Source: Malacoraja senta (lineage: Eukaryota). From it: a stretch of 64,000 nt of DNA. Position 1 is the first letter of the stretch; every line of letters begins with the position of its first letter. The notes beneath the pieces were generated by a model. The model made no database searches. It had not been told where the DNA came from and saw only the letters and a list, made by a program, of their open reading frames with translations. Shown here in pieces: positions 24,870 through 36,879 of this stretch. The position numbers and the translations under genes are program-made. The DNA lies in contig JAXLNO010000270.1 of NCBI GenBank assembly GCA_038087875.1, positions 1 through 64,000 on the forward strand. The letters are read 5' to 3'.

Positions 24870-25090
24870 TTAGAAACATAGAAACATAGAAAATAGGTGG
24901 AGGAGTAGGCCATTCGGCCCTTCGAGCCTGCACCGCCATTCAATATGATAATGGCTGATCATCCAACTCAGTATCCTGTACCTGCCTTCTCTCCATACCC
25001 CCTGACCCCTTTAGCCACAAGGGCCACATCTAACTCCCTCTTAAATATAGCCAATGAACTGACCTCAACTACCTTCTGTGGCAGAGAGTT
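24870..25090 (-). mobile_element. CR1 (family A) 3' end fragment
   Basis: tagaaacatagaaacatagaaaataggtg...ggccattcggcccttcgagcc. Confidence 0.92.
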
Positions 25091-27396
25091 TCTTTCTTTA
25101 TTTTAAAATCTTTTTATTTGTTTATTTCCAAAAACAAAAACAAAACATAAAAAACAGAGCAAAAGGAATAATGGTAAACATAACAATGATATTGATACAT
25201 AGGGATCAGAATTACATTAATAACAGGTATAACCTGATATGAGACCAGTGTCAAAATACACATTGAATATAGACCTCCCGGTCTCTATGTAAATATAGTT
25301 ACATATTTAAAAGAGAACTTATAAATGTAGCAAAAACACACAAAGATGAAAAGACAAAAAGAAAAGGAAAAAGGGAAAAAACAAAACCCCCTAAACTAAA
25401 GAAAAAAAGAAAGGAAGATTTTTTTTAAAATAAATAAATAAATAAAAACAAAGCAAAGCAAAACAGAATCTGAACTGAGAATTTCAACAATTTAAGTTTG
25501 TTTGTCGTCAAGTCCGTTCCGCCATATAAAGGTAAAATAGTTTTATAACGGTTAAAGAGGGAGCAATTTATGTTGTATGAAAGTGTTGAATAAAGTTTCC
25601 CCAAGGCTTATCAAATTTAACCAAGGGTTCAACAATGCCACTCCTGATTTTTTCTAAATTTAAACATTATATCGTTTCAGAATACCACTGGAGTGTGGTC
25701 GGAGGGTTGGAGTCTTTCCTTTTAAATAAAATAGATCTTCTGGCGATTAATGTGGTAAAAGCAATCAACCGATGGGCGGAGCGGGACAAATGAATAAAAT
25801 CCAACATTGGTAGCCCAAAATTTGCAGTAATAGGATGAGGTTGTAAATCAATACCTAATACTACAGAAATAGTATCAAAAATGTCTGTCCGATATTTTTC
25901 CAAAAGTGGGCAAGACCAAAACATATGGGTCAGTGAGGCCACTTCAGAGTTATAACTGTCACAGGTAGGATTTATATGACCATAAAAACGAGCCAACTTA
26001 TCTTTTGACATTTGAACTCTGTGAACCACCTTGAATTGTATCAGAGCGTGTCTTGCGCACATTGAAGAGGTATTGACTAATTGAAGAATCCTCTCCCATT
26101 TCTCTATAGAGAGAAATTTGGAGTTCTATTTCCCAGTCATTCTTAAATTTATCAAATATATCTATTTGTTATTTCAAAATCAACTCATAAATAGTCGTTA
26201 TTAATCCCTTCTGATAAGGGTTCAAGTGTAAATGATTTCCCAAAATTTCGGTTTGATGTGGTAGCGGGAAAAGGGATAGAGTAGCCTTCAAAAAATATCT
26301 AATTTATAAATATCTAAAAAAGTGTGAATTAGGTAAATTATATGTATTGGAGAGTTGTTCGAAAGACATAAAACAACCCTCGAAAATCAAATCACGAAAA
26401 GCTACTAATCCATTCCTCTTCCATAACAAAAAGACTTGATCAGTACGAGAAGGTTGGAAGAGAAAATTGGAAAAGATAGGACTCGATAAGATAAAATCAT
26501 TTAGCCCAAAAAACGTACGAAATTGAAACCATATTCGGAACGTATGTCTTATTATTGGGTTAGTCGTATATTTATTCAATCTCGTAATTGTAAAAGGTAA
26601 CGAGGCCCCTGGAATAGAAGCCAATTATAGCTCTTGCAAGGAATCACGTTCAAGGTTTATCCATCCTGGGCATTGTGTATCTTCTAAATCTTTTGTCCAA
26701 AATGTTAGATAACGAACATTGACTGCCCAATAGTAGAATATAAGGTTCAGCAATGCCAAACCACCGTCGTTTTTATTTTATTTCTGTAATTATTTTTACT
26801 TAGTCTGGGATTTTTATTCTGTGGTATGTATGAAGAACTTTTGGAATCTATAATATCTAAGAAAGATTTGGCAATAAAAATCCGTACCGTCTGAAATAAA
26901 TACAGACATTTTGGTAAATTGAACATTTTAATAGCATTGATTCGGCCAATTAAGGATAAGGACTTTGGTGACCATTTAGTAAACTGATGTTTAATATGGT
27001 CAATTAAAGGCATAAAATTAGCTTTAAATAAATAATTGTGCATCTTGGTGATCTTAATACCTAAATACTGTTACTTAAACTTTCGGTAGTCAATCTAAGT
27101 GGAAACTGTCCACAATTCGAAACAAGATTATTTAATGGAAAAAGCTCATTCTTCCTAAGGTTTAGTTTATAACCAGAAATACTACTAAATTGATTAAGTA
27201 ATGCTACTATTGCCGGAATAGATTTCTCAGGGTTTGAAATGAATAATAACAGATCATCTGCATAAAGAGATAGCTTATGTGTATTATTCCCGCGGACAAT
27301 ACCAAAAATATTAGGGCATTCCCTAATAGCGGTGGCTAAAGGTTCCAAAGCAATATCAAATAGTAAAGGACTTAAGGGACAGCCCTGTCTAGTGTC
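25091..27396 (-). mobile_element. L1-clade LINE, 3' half of ORF2 (RT core to C-terminal zinc knuckle) and 3' UTR
   Basis: TRQGCPLSPLLF, LSLYADD, PTC...LTHMFWSCP; AATAAA and A-rich end near 25095-25130. Confidence 0.92.
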
Positions 27397-27403
27397 CTTC
27401 ATT

Positions 27404-28268
27404 TGTGCAAAATCTGATCTACCATACTGGACTCGCTGAATGTCTCTATCCAGCTATCTAGCAAGTTAAACAATTAATCCAATAAAGACCCGTAGACACG
27501 AGATGTCTTTGATGCTTTACTGTATTCAATTGTGAAAGTGTAACATACATGCAGAAAGGGAAACAGCATATTTAGTTACTTTATACACTTGGTATAGAAA
27601 CATAAACTATGATGCCACCACCAAATACAGTGCTGTTATGTGAGAAACCATCCAGGGAAAATGAAACATCCTTAACTTTGTTAATAATAAAAATCCTGCT
27701 CAATAACGTTTATAACATATAAAAATGCTGTTAACAAACATAATTACTCACATACATTGCGTCTAACAAACTGGTGGGTAGGATGGCGATAGATTACACA
27801 TTAATAATTACACTGTCTAAACACCATGCGGTACTCTTTCTGAGCTGGACTTCCTGGTTTATGATAACTTCCTGTATAACAGGAAAGTTAACTCAAAGCT
27901 GTAGGAACCGGAATATCCAGCAGGTGGCATTAATACATGTAAGCAGAATGTGGTCCAGCACACTCCCCGGCTGGGGTTTCCCAGACCCCATGCAAATCTC
28001 CCATTCAACCCCCAGAGTCCTCGGGAGACTGAGAATTACACTGTCTAAACACCATGCGGCACTCTCTCTGAGCTGGACTTCCTGGCTTATGATAACTTCC
28101 TGTATAACAGGAAAGGTAACTCAAAGCTGTAGGAACCGGAATATCAAGCAGGTGGCATTAATACATGTAAGCAGAATGTGGTCCAGCACAACTACAAAAA
28201 TGTCTGAAATGTCTTCACTTCTGGCTCCGCCCCAGATTTTTCCTCTTCCAGTATCATGAACTATTACA
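27404..28268 (-). mobile_element. Candidate solo retroviral-type LTR (865 bp) with duplicated enhancer block
   Basis: Minus strand TGTAA...GCACA; GC box near 28225; 157-bp direct repeats 27806-27962 and 28034-28190; TATAAA at 27580-27585; AGTAAA at 27516-27521; no TSD found. Confidence 0.6.
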
Positions 28269-30340
28269 CCTGAAGAAATTAACACTTTACATACCACATG
28301 ATTTTAACAAGCAATATGGATAAAGTTATTAACTTCCTTTCATGGAATGTGAATGGCTTGAACCATCCCATTAAGATAATTTTTTTTAAAGTTCTTCACA
28401 GACTATATGCTCAGATTATCCTTGTTCAGGAATCTCATGTAAGGCAAGATGACCATCTACGATTCTTCAAGTTTTGGAGAGGACAGCAGTTTCATTCAAA
28501 TTCACAGGCTAAGTTGAAAGGAGTCTCTATTTGTATTGACTCCTCAATTCCGTTTGTTCACTATGAAACAATTTCTGATCCATATCGCAGATTTTTGGTG
28601 TTTACCGGTATTCTTTATAAGCAGAAAGTTGCTATGGTGAATGTCTACGCACCAAATATTGATCACCCTGAGTTTTTTAAACAGTTAATTGCATCGTTCC
28701 CAAATTTCGTTTGAACTGATGTTGAAATGTCAACAAATAAATGGTACCATTTTATTGTATCATTCATTGTATCAATTAACATTTTTTAATAATGGGTGCA
28801 GATTTCAACTGCTGTCTGAACCCTTGATTGACATGTCTACAACTGATCATGTGCTTCCAAATAAATCAGCTAATTTTATTAATTATTTTTTACTTGACTC
28901 TCGAATGTTAGAAGTTTCGAGAGTCTTACAACCAAATGACAAATAATTTTCTTTTATCTGTCATGTATATCATAGTTATTCTAGGATTGATTATTTTATG
29001 ATAGATTCTCGGCTAGTTCCGTCGTTCACTGCATGTGAGTATGATGCACTTGCTATTTCGTATCACGCACCATTGAAATTATCAATCAAACTACCTGATT
29101 CCAAGTTTAGTGCTGAACAATGGCGATTTAATGTTACTTTGCTTCAAGACTTAAACTTTAATAACTTTATGAAAGATCAGATTACTTTTTGCATCTTGAC
29201 AAACTCTGCTGAAGAAATATCCAATGGTGTAGTCTGGGATGCTTTTAAGACATATATTCGTGGAAAAAAATTATGTCATACACCGCCGGAATTCAAAAAA
29301 ACAACTCAAAAAGAAATATGTACATTGGCTGACGAGATTAAAGACATTGATTAAAAATATGTTTTTTAAAGCTCCTAGTTTAGAGCTCTATAAGAATAGT
29401 TGAACTTCAATTGAGACATGATTTGTTATTAGTATCACCGATTGAGAAGCAGCTACTCAAAACCAAAAGTCAATTTTATATACATGGCGATAAAACTGGG
29501 AAATTACTCGCTAATCATTTGAAAGCGGTGTCGGCCAAGCGTCAGATTACTAAAGTGAGTAAACGGGATGGTACATTAATTGTAGACCATGACGAAATTA
29601 ATTAATCCTTTCAGGAATTTTATACCTCCCTATACCAAGCAGAATTTCCTACTGATTCCCATATAATACATGAGCTTTTAAAGAAACTGAACTTATGACA
29701 TTTACCATATAATGATTCCCTGTTGTTAGATGAGCCCATCACGGAAGAAGAAATACAGAAAGCTATTATTTCAATGAATTTTGGTAAACCTCCCGGTTTA
29801 GATGGGTTTACAGTAGAACTGTTTAAGTCTTTTACAAATTTATTGTCTCCCTGGCTATGCAAGGTATTTAAAGAAGCCTTTTTAAGGAACAGATGAACAC
29901 AATCTTTTTATGAAGCAGCTATTTCATTAATTCTTAAAAAAGATAAAGACCCTACTGAAGTGACATCATATAGACCTATATCAATGTTAAATGTAGATTT
30001 CAAAATTCTTTCCAAAATATTAGCTATGAGATTCGATAATATTTTACCGCAAATTATCTCTGAAGATCAGACAGGATTTATTAAAAATCGTTACTCATAC
30101 TTTAACGTTTGGAGATTAATGAATATTGTATATACAGCGTCAAATAAAAACCGCACAATGTATCATCTCACTCGATGCCGAGAAGGCGTTTGATAAGTAG
30201 CATGGGAATACTTATTCAATACACTTGAAAATGTTAAGATTGGTCCAAAATGTATTTCTTGGATCAAGCTGATATATCATATACCTCAGGCTTCTGCATT
30301 TACTAATAATCAGAGATCCACTTTTTCAGGCTCTTTCGAG
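28269..30340 (+). mobile_element. L1-clade LINE, 5' half of ORF2 (APE endonuclease to RT start), inverted relative to its 3' half
   Basis: SWNVNGLN, VQESH, VNVYAPN, SRIDYF, YRPISMLNVDFKI, DQTGFIKNR; ends FRLFR at 30340. Confidence 0.92.
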
Positions 30341-30669
30341 ATGCTTTTCACAGCTCCATTCATTGCAGTAGATTTGTACGACGTAGGTAAACTATCGTGA
30401 AACATTCACTAGCTTGTGACATATCGGACAACTTGACACCGTATTATATATTGGAACCCCAACGACGGAAGTAGGAAGATATTTCTCAGTTTAGCGTTGA
30501 ATTCTAGAGCGAAACTAACCCTAACATTGGTGGTTGTAGTCAGAATGGCCAGCGGCCTACAGCGTTGGCTTCAGATCACAGTCTCCACTGGTTCTTCTCC
30601 CACTCCTGACAATGAGGCATTTTTTAAATCAGAGTTGTCTTTTCTCAGTCTGTGAGTGTTCCAGCCTCT

Positions 30670-33095
30670 AGATAGAGCTTTAAGCAAAATAGTGACGGCG
30701 GGGACGTGGGGGTATCAAATTTGAATTGTAAGTGTGTAGTTAAATGGAAAAGATTGCAGGAAATGTTACAGAAGTCTCCAAAATGAACGTGACAGAAAGT
30801 TTAAGAAGGGATAAGAGAGTGTCTGGTAAAAATCCGGACCGGTGTGAGATGGGAGGAGAACACTAAATGAAAGGTGTTGTATTTCAATTAGCGCAGCATA
30901 AGAAATAAATTGGATGAGCTTGTGGCACAGTTAGAAATTAGTAGGTATGATGTTGTCGGCATTACAGAGACGTGGCTGCAAGAGGGTCGGAGCTGGTAGC
31001 TGAAACTTCAAGGTTTTACGAGCTATCGGAATGACAGACCTTAGGACAGAATGAGTGTGGTTTCACTGCTGGTTAGGAATGAAATTCAATGCTTAATGAA
31101 GAATGGTTTGAGCGGATGCCGAGTCATTGTGGATGGAGCTGCGAAATTCTAAGGGTAAACATACCCGAATGGGAGTTTATTTACAGGCACTCAGTAGGCA
31201 GGATATCTGGAGCCAGGATATAGGACACAAGTTGCACCAGGAGACATAATTGGCATGTAAGAAATGCATTGCTACGGTGGTCATGGGGGATTTTTATATG
31301 CAGGTAGTCTGAAGACAGCAGTTTGGTACTGGACCCCAAAAAAGGGATTTTTTGGAATGCCTCCGAGATGGATTCTGATGCAGTTTGCCGTGGAGCCTAC
31401 TAGGCTAAAGACAATTCTGGATTCAGTGTAGTGTGATGAACCAGATTTGATAAGGGATCTCAAGGTAAAGGGACCACTAGGAGGTAGCCACCACAACATG
31501 ATAACTTTTAACCTGTAATTTGAGAGGGAGAAGGTTAAAACGGATGTGTCAGTATTGCAAATGAACCAAGGGGACTACAGAGGTATGAGGGAGGAGCTGG
31601 CCAAAGTTGAGTGGAAAAGGACCATAGCAGGGTTGGCGGTGTAACAGAAATGGCATGAAATTCAGGGAATAATTCGGAAGATTCACGATATTTCTTATTT
31701 CAAAGAGGACGAAAGATTATTGGGGAGTAAGAGGCGACCGTGGCTAATTAGAAAAATAAAGGACCGAAAATACAACTAAGAAGACTTATAACATTGGAGA
31801 GGTTTGTTGGAAGCAAAATAATTGGTAAGCTTTTAAAGAATAATAGAAGGTAACTACAAAGGCAGTAAGGAGAGAAAGGATGAAAGACAACGGTTAGCAG
31901 CTAATAATTTCAAAGATGATGGTAAGTTTCTTCAGTTATTTAAATAGCAAGAAAGAAGAAGAATGAACATTTTACCGCTGGAAAATAACGACGAAGAAGT
32001 GATAATGGGGAATAAAGAAATGGCAGAGGATTTTAAGAACTTTTTTGCCTCAATCTTCGCAGAGGAGAAACAAGCAATGTGCCTGAAATTCAAGAGTTTC
32101 TTGGGGTGGAAGTTAGAGGAGTGGCTATTACTGGGGAGACTGAAATACTGAAGGTGGATAAGGCACCTGAACCTCTTGGAGAGCATCTTAGGATTCTGAA
32201 AGAGGTGGGTTTAGAGAATGTGGAGGCATTAATAGTGATATTTCAAGAATCACTATACTCAGGAGTGGTCCAAAATGATTGGAGAATTGCCAATATTACT
32301 CACTACTCAAAACGGAGCAAGGCAGAAAATGGGAACAATATGCCGGTTATTCTGACTTCGGTGCTTGGTTAGATTTTAAAATCAATTATAAATTATGAGG
32401 TTACGGAGTGTGATGAGGAAAACTTTCTTTAGTCACAGTGCGGTGAATATGTGGTTATTTGCAACAGAAGCCTGCAGAGGCCAAATGAGTAGATATATTT
32501 ACGAAAGGGTTAGATAGATATTTGTTTAGTAAATGTGTCAGATGTTACGGCAAGAAGGCATGAGAATGGGGTTTGGAACAAGAGGCAGATCAGCCATGAT
32601 TGAATGGCGGAGTAGACTTGATATGCCGAATGGCCTAATACTACTCCTATCATGTGATGAGGGTTTCACGGCACCGGGCTAATACTCGCTGGAGTTTAGT
32701 CGGATGAGGGGGAAACTTACCGAATAGTGAAAGGCCAGGATAGATTGATGTGGAGACGACGTTTCCTCGTGTGGAAGTGTCTAGGATAATATGATACAGC
32801 GTCAAAATAAAAGGACCTACCTTTAGGAAGGAGATGGGGAGGTATTTCTTTGGTCAGAGGATGGTGAAGCTGTGGAATTTGTTGCCACAGAAGGTGATGG
32901 AGTCCATTAATTTATATTTGTTATGCGGCGATAGGCAGATATTTATTTGCATTGTCCGTATGTCAGTGGTTATGGGGAAAATGCAGCAGAATTAGATTGA
33001 AAGGGAAGGATAGAACAATCATGATCGAATGGCGGAGTAGATTTGATGGGCGGAATGGCCTAATTCTGGCACTATTACTTTAGGACGTATGAACA
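30670..33095 (+). mobile_element. Old degenerate CR1 pieces (APE, linker, two 3' ends)
   Basis: ITETWL, IFQESL remnants; two successive 3' UTR hairpins near 32590-32650 and 33020-33080. Confidence 0.8.
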
Positions 33096-34427
33096 ATAGG
33101 GACGGATGTTAAATCACTGCCATATCACATCCATTTTAACTGCACTTCGCAAGCAAGGTTTTGGAATCTTCTTTCGTTTCCTATGTTTATCTATTTATGT
33201 TTCAAATGTTCGGTCAGGCTCTTGCGTAGTGGACAGTCTTCTCGTTTGCCACCGCTAGATCTTCCAGGCAGCATTGTTCTCCAAGAAGTTGGCATCTTAG
33301 TAGGTGTGACATGGATTGTACAGATGTCCCACATTCACATTCTGTGTCTGCCGCACCCGCATAGCCCCAATTGCTCATATTGGTCTTGCACGAAGCCTAT
33401 TGAGGGATTTCCAGGTCAGTGAGGTGAGTGCGAGCAGGAGGATAGTTGTGTACGAAAAAAAGATATGGGGAAGACAAGAATATCAAAGTGAGAGCAGGAG
33501 GAGCTGAGCAAAAGAGGGAGAGATGGAGGACGAGTGATGAACTATCTCAGAGATATTGCGATCATGAAAAGAGAGGGGAGTTCAGAGTGACTGTGTGCGG
33601 CAAAGGCAGAGAGAGAAGGATCAGAGTTATACAGCGAAACCGAGGGAGGAATGAAGTGAGAGTGGGAGGGGAAGGGGAAGAGGTAGATAGACAGAGAGCG
33701 GGAGGCAGAGATGGAGCATATACAGGGCAGGGGCGAGTGTAACAGTTCGGAGAGAGTGACAGCACGAAGGATGGAGTAATGGGGAAGAAAGGAGCTGTGC
33801 TGCCGTTTTAACTACGTTTAGGACAATTCTGTGGCGGCAATGTTTCTGTTCTCTGTCGTGAGTACTTGGGACGTTCCTCCACGAAGGGGATTGACCCAGG
33901 GTAAAGTCAAGAACATTCGAGGAAAGCAAGGAGTGAGTAGGGTCACCTGTAGTGAGGGGTTGAGATTACAGTCGGGTGAGCCGCGATAATAATGAATGGT
34001 GCAGCAGAGTAGAGGGGTCATTTTAGTCCGAGACGAACTGTTGAACTTATTCCTCAACCTGTGGAGATAGTTCACCGAGCACATCAGCAAACTGGGCACC
34101 AAAAGCCCTGAGAGTGTCCCAGGAATTCGGGATTGCCTGTCTGAGTGAAGCAGATTGAATGGAATCAGCCAAACAACATGAGGTGGAGAGTTGGATCTGA
34201 TGGAGTTTGAAACAATATCCCCTTTGTTGGAACAATGCCGCTCCCAATTGCATACTTTCGCATCGCCACAATTTCCAGTCCTTGGAGTTTCGCAATCAAT
34301 TCCCTGAACTATATACAACCAGTCACAACGGGGATTTCACTTTGCTGATGTAATCTGTTTATGAATAATTTCAAAATCTCTATTTTTAATTCTGTTGAAC
34401 ATTTGTCCCGGTGGAGACGTTGAGTGC

Positions 34428-34434
34428 TATAAAA
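34428..34434 (+). promoter_or_regulatory. TATA box of the GPCR gene
   Basis: TATAAAA about 70 bp upstream of ATG 34504. Confidence 0.65.
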
Positions 34435-34503
34435 TCTCCGGGAATATTTGGCCCCAACATTTCATTCCGAGATACCACGGGGACGCGTCGCTGGGCATAG
34501 ACT

Positions 34504-34579
34504 ATGTGGGAAAAAGTCTGGGAATATCACAGTGTTGAGAAAATATTATGCGTGATCATTGTTGGCGTTGGAGTCCCTG
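34504..34579 (+). CDS. GPR139/GPR142-like class A GPCR, coding exon 1 (MWEKVWEYHSVEKILCVIIVGVGVP)
   Basis: ATG with A at -3; hydrophobic first half of TM1; donor G|gtaagt at 34580; phase-1 join to 35303 restores GVP-VN (GxxxN of TM1). Confidence 0.85.
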
Positions 34580-35302
34580 GTAAGTGAGCAGAACAATTCA
34601 AGTTTCAAGTGTGTTAACCTGCATTGAACTGATTTTAATCAAGTTACAAGCTTCTCAATTGATTCTTTGGTACAATAAAGTCATTGCTCGGGAGAGGCAG
34701 CATTTTGGGGCGGTGTGAAATTTACTGTGTCTGAGTTAATGATCAGCGTGAACACTCGCTCCTCTGAACACGTCTCTCTAGTCTATTGAGTCTGTCTCAG
34801 ACGTATTCCACCGCCTGTTGGTCAATAATTGCATCGAGCACCTGAGGCAGTGGCCGCGGATCCACCGCGTGTGCTGTTACCGAACTGAAGTCACTGTGGA
34901 ATGAATCCATTAACGGAGCCACTCTGCTGCCGGATTCTAAGTTTCCCTGCCTTCCTCGTCCCCATCAGATGGCCTGTAACCAGAGTGCTGGTTAAACAAG
35001 GCCGCTGACGGTGATGTCTGTGAAACCCGTCCCATCGGAGACTGTGAGCCACGTTAATTATAGAAAGGACCATTCCGCCTGTTGTATCGTGTTCCTTCTC
35101 TGCCCTTTACATCGCCCGTCGCCTTATTTCTTCTCCCCTGAACCCGGCTGGTCGGGGATGCGGGGCCAGGTCTGACATTATTAAACTTGCAGCCACGCAC
35201 CGACTACAATACTCATGATCTGTAGCTGAATGTTGGGCCGTTGTTTAGCCCTGGAGAGCGTGTTCAGTAATGCCCAGTGTCCGTTCCCTTCTTTTTCTAC
35301 AG

Positions 35303-36210
35303 TGAATTTAGTGGCGATTGTGATCCTGTCCCGGGGAAAATGCGGCCTCTCCTCCTGCACCACCCGCTACCTGGTGGCCATGGCAGCGGCCGATCTACTG
35401 GTTCTTATCACTGAGGTCATTTTGTATCGTCTCCGATATCATTACTTTTATTGGAGCTTCCTGACTATCTACCCTGTGTGCAGTGTTAGCGCTGTACTGC
35501 GCTTTGCGGCTGCAGATTGTTCTGTTTGGTTCACCGTTACTTTCACCTTTGATCGGTTTGTCACCATTTGTTGCCAGAAGCTGAAAACTAAATATTGCAG
35601 CGGGAAAACTGCGTCTGCGGTTCTCGCAACAGCCGGGGTTCTGCTCTGTCTGAAAAATATTCCCCGCTATTTCACACGGAAACCCTGGAGAATCATCGAT
35701 AAGGTCCCGTGGGCCTGTGACATGAGGGACAGTTATTGCACTGATCCCGGGTGGGTGGCATTTGACTGGCTCGACACGGTTTTAACGCCGCTCCTCCCTT
35801 TCGCTGTAATCCTGCTGCTCAACACTCTGACAGTCCGGCACATTTTAGTGGCCAGTCGGGTCCGTAAGGGTCTGAGGGGTGAGAGCAAGGGGGAGAACCG
35901 CAGGGACCCGGAGATGGAGAGCAGGAAGCGGTCTGTGGTTTTACTCTTCGCCGTTTCCGGCAACTTCATCCTCCTGTGGCTGACGTTTGTTGTAGAATTC
36001 GTGTATTATCAGATCACAGGAACTGGAAATGATATGAATGCTTCTGAATCGATCTTTAGCAACGTCGGGGCTTTGCTGAGTGAACTCAGCTGCTGCACGA
36101 ACACATTTATTTACGCAGCGACCCAGTCCAAGTTCAGGGAACAGGTGAAGAGCACGGCGAAATATCCGTTCACCTCAGTGCTACGGCTCATTAATAAATC
36201 CGCGCCATGA
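35303..36210 (+). CDS. GPR139/GPR142-like class A GPCR, coding exon 2; spliced product 327 aa
   Basis: Acceptor cccttctttttctacag; YLVAMAAADLLVL (TM2), SVWFTVTFTFDRFVTICC (TM3, DRF), PLLPF (TM5), NTFIY (TM7), SKFR helix 8; 76+908=984 nt, no stops. Confidence 0.92.
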
Positions 36211-36264
36211 GCGCACCGCTGAGGCGGCCGTAGTCTATCCGCTCCGTGCTCCGGCTCTTGACAT

Positions 36265-36770
36265 GCACTACACCAAAATTCCAATCACCCCGTCTCCCTT
36301 CGCAGTCGGGAACGTCCTTTGGTAAAGTACGCCCTGGGACTAATCGACCCATCAGCCTCCACACTGGGGACCTGTCTCCGGTAAACTAGACTCTGGGACC
36401 AATGGTTCAATCTCCCTCCGCAGTGCCCTTTTGTAAACTCCACCCCGGAACCAATCTTTCCTTCTCCGCAGTAGTAAAACTCCACCCTGGGATCAATCGT
36501 GACATCGCCGCCGCGGGTGAGTCGTCTGGGGTAAACTCCACCCTGGGAACAATTGTCCCATCTATCTCCGCGGTGAGGAGCGGTCTGGGATAAACTGCAC
36601 CCTGGGACCAATCGTCATATCTCGGCGGAGACGCCGGTCTGGTCCAATGGGTGGGGTAAACTCCACACAGGGACCAATAGTCCCAACAGACCCCACGGTG
36701 GGGACAGGTCTGTGGTAAACTCCACCATGGGATCAATCATTCCATCTCCTTCTGTGGTTCAGATCTGCCT
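36265..36770 (+). repeat. Conserved-core tandem array, about 8 units, modal period 59 bp, immediately 3' of the GPCR stop
   Basis: Core gtaaactccaccctgggaccaatc starting at about 36322, 36381, 36433, 36474, 36531, 36590, 36656, 36715. Confidence 0.9.
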
Positions 36771-36879
36771 GTTGAACGTGGTCCGTTTACAAAAACCTTC
36801 GCAAGAATTAATGTTCATCCTCCCACTTGTGACTGGTTAGTCCGGTGTGCCCTTCCCCCATGGACCACTGTCCGTTCTC

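Noticed and set aside
27774..28259. 161-aa ORF with internal duplication
   Set aside because: Merely reads through the 157-bp direct repeats; no recognisable protein motif
35230..35302. N-terminus MLGRCLALE... of the 326-aa ORF
   Set aside because: Lies in the intron ahead of a strong polypyrimidine/AG acceptor; the upstream exon gives a proper TM1
36265..36770. CRISPR array
   Set aside because: Eukaryotic context, no cas genes, cores imperfect and spacers related to each other; it is a minisatellite-type array
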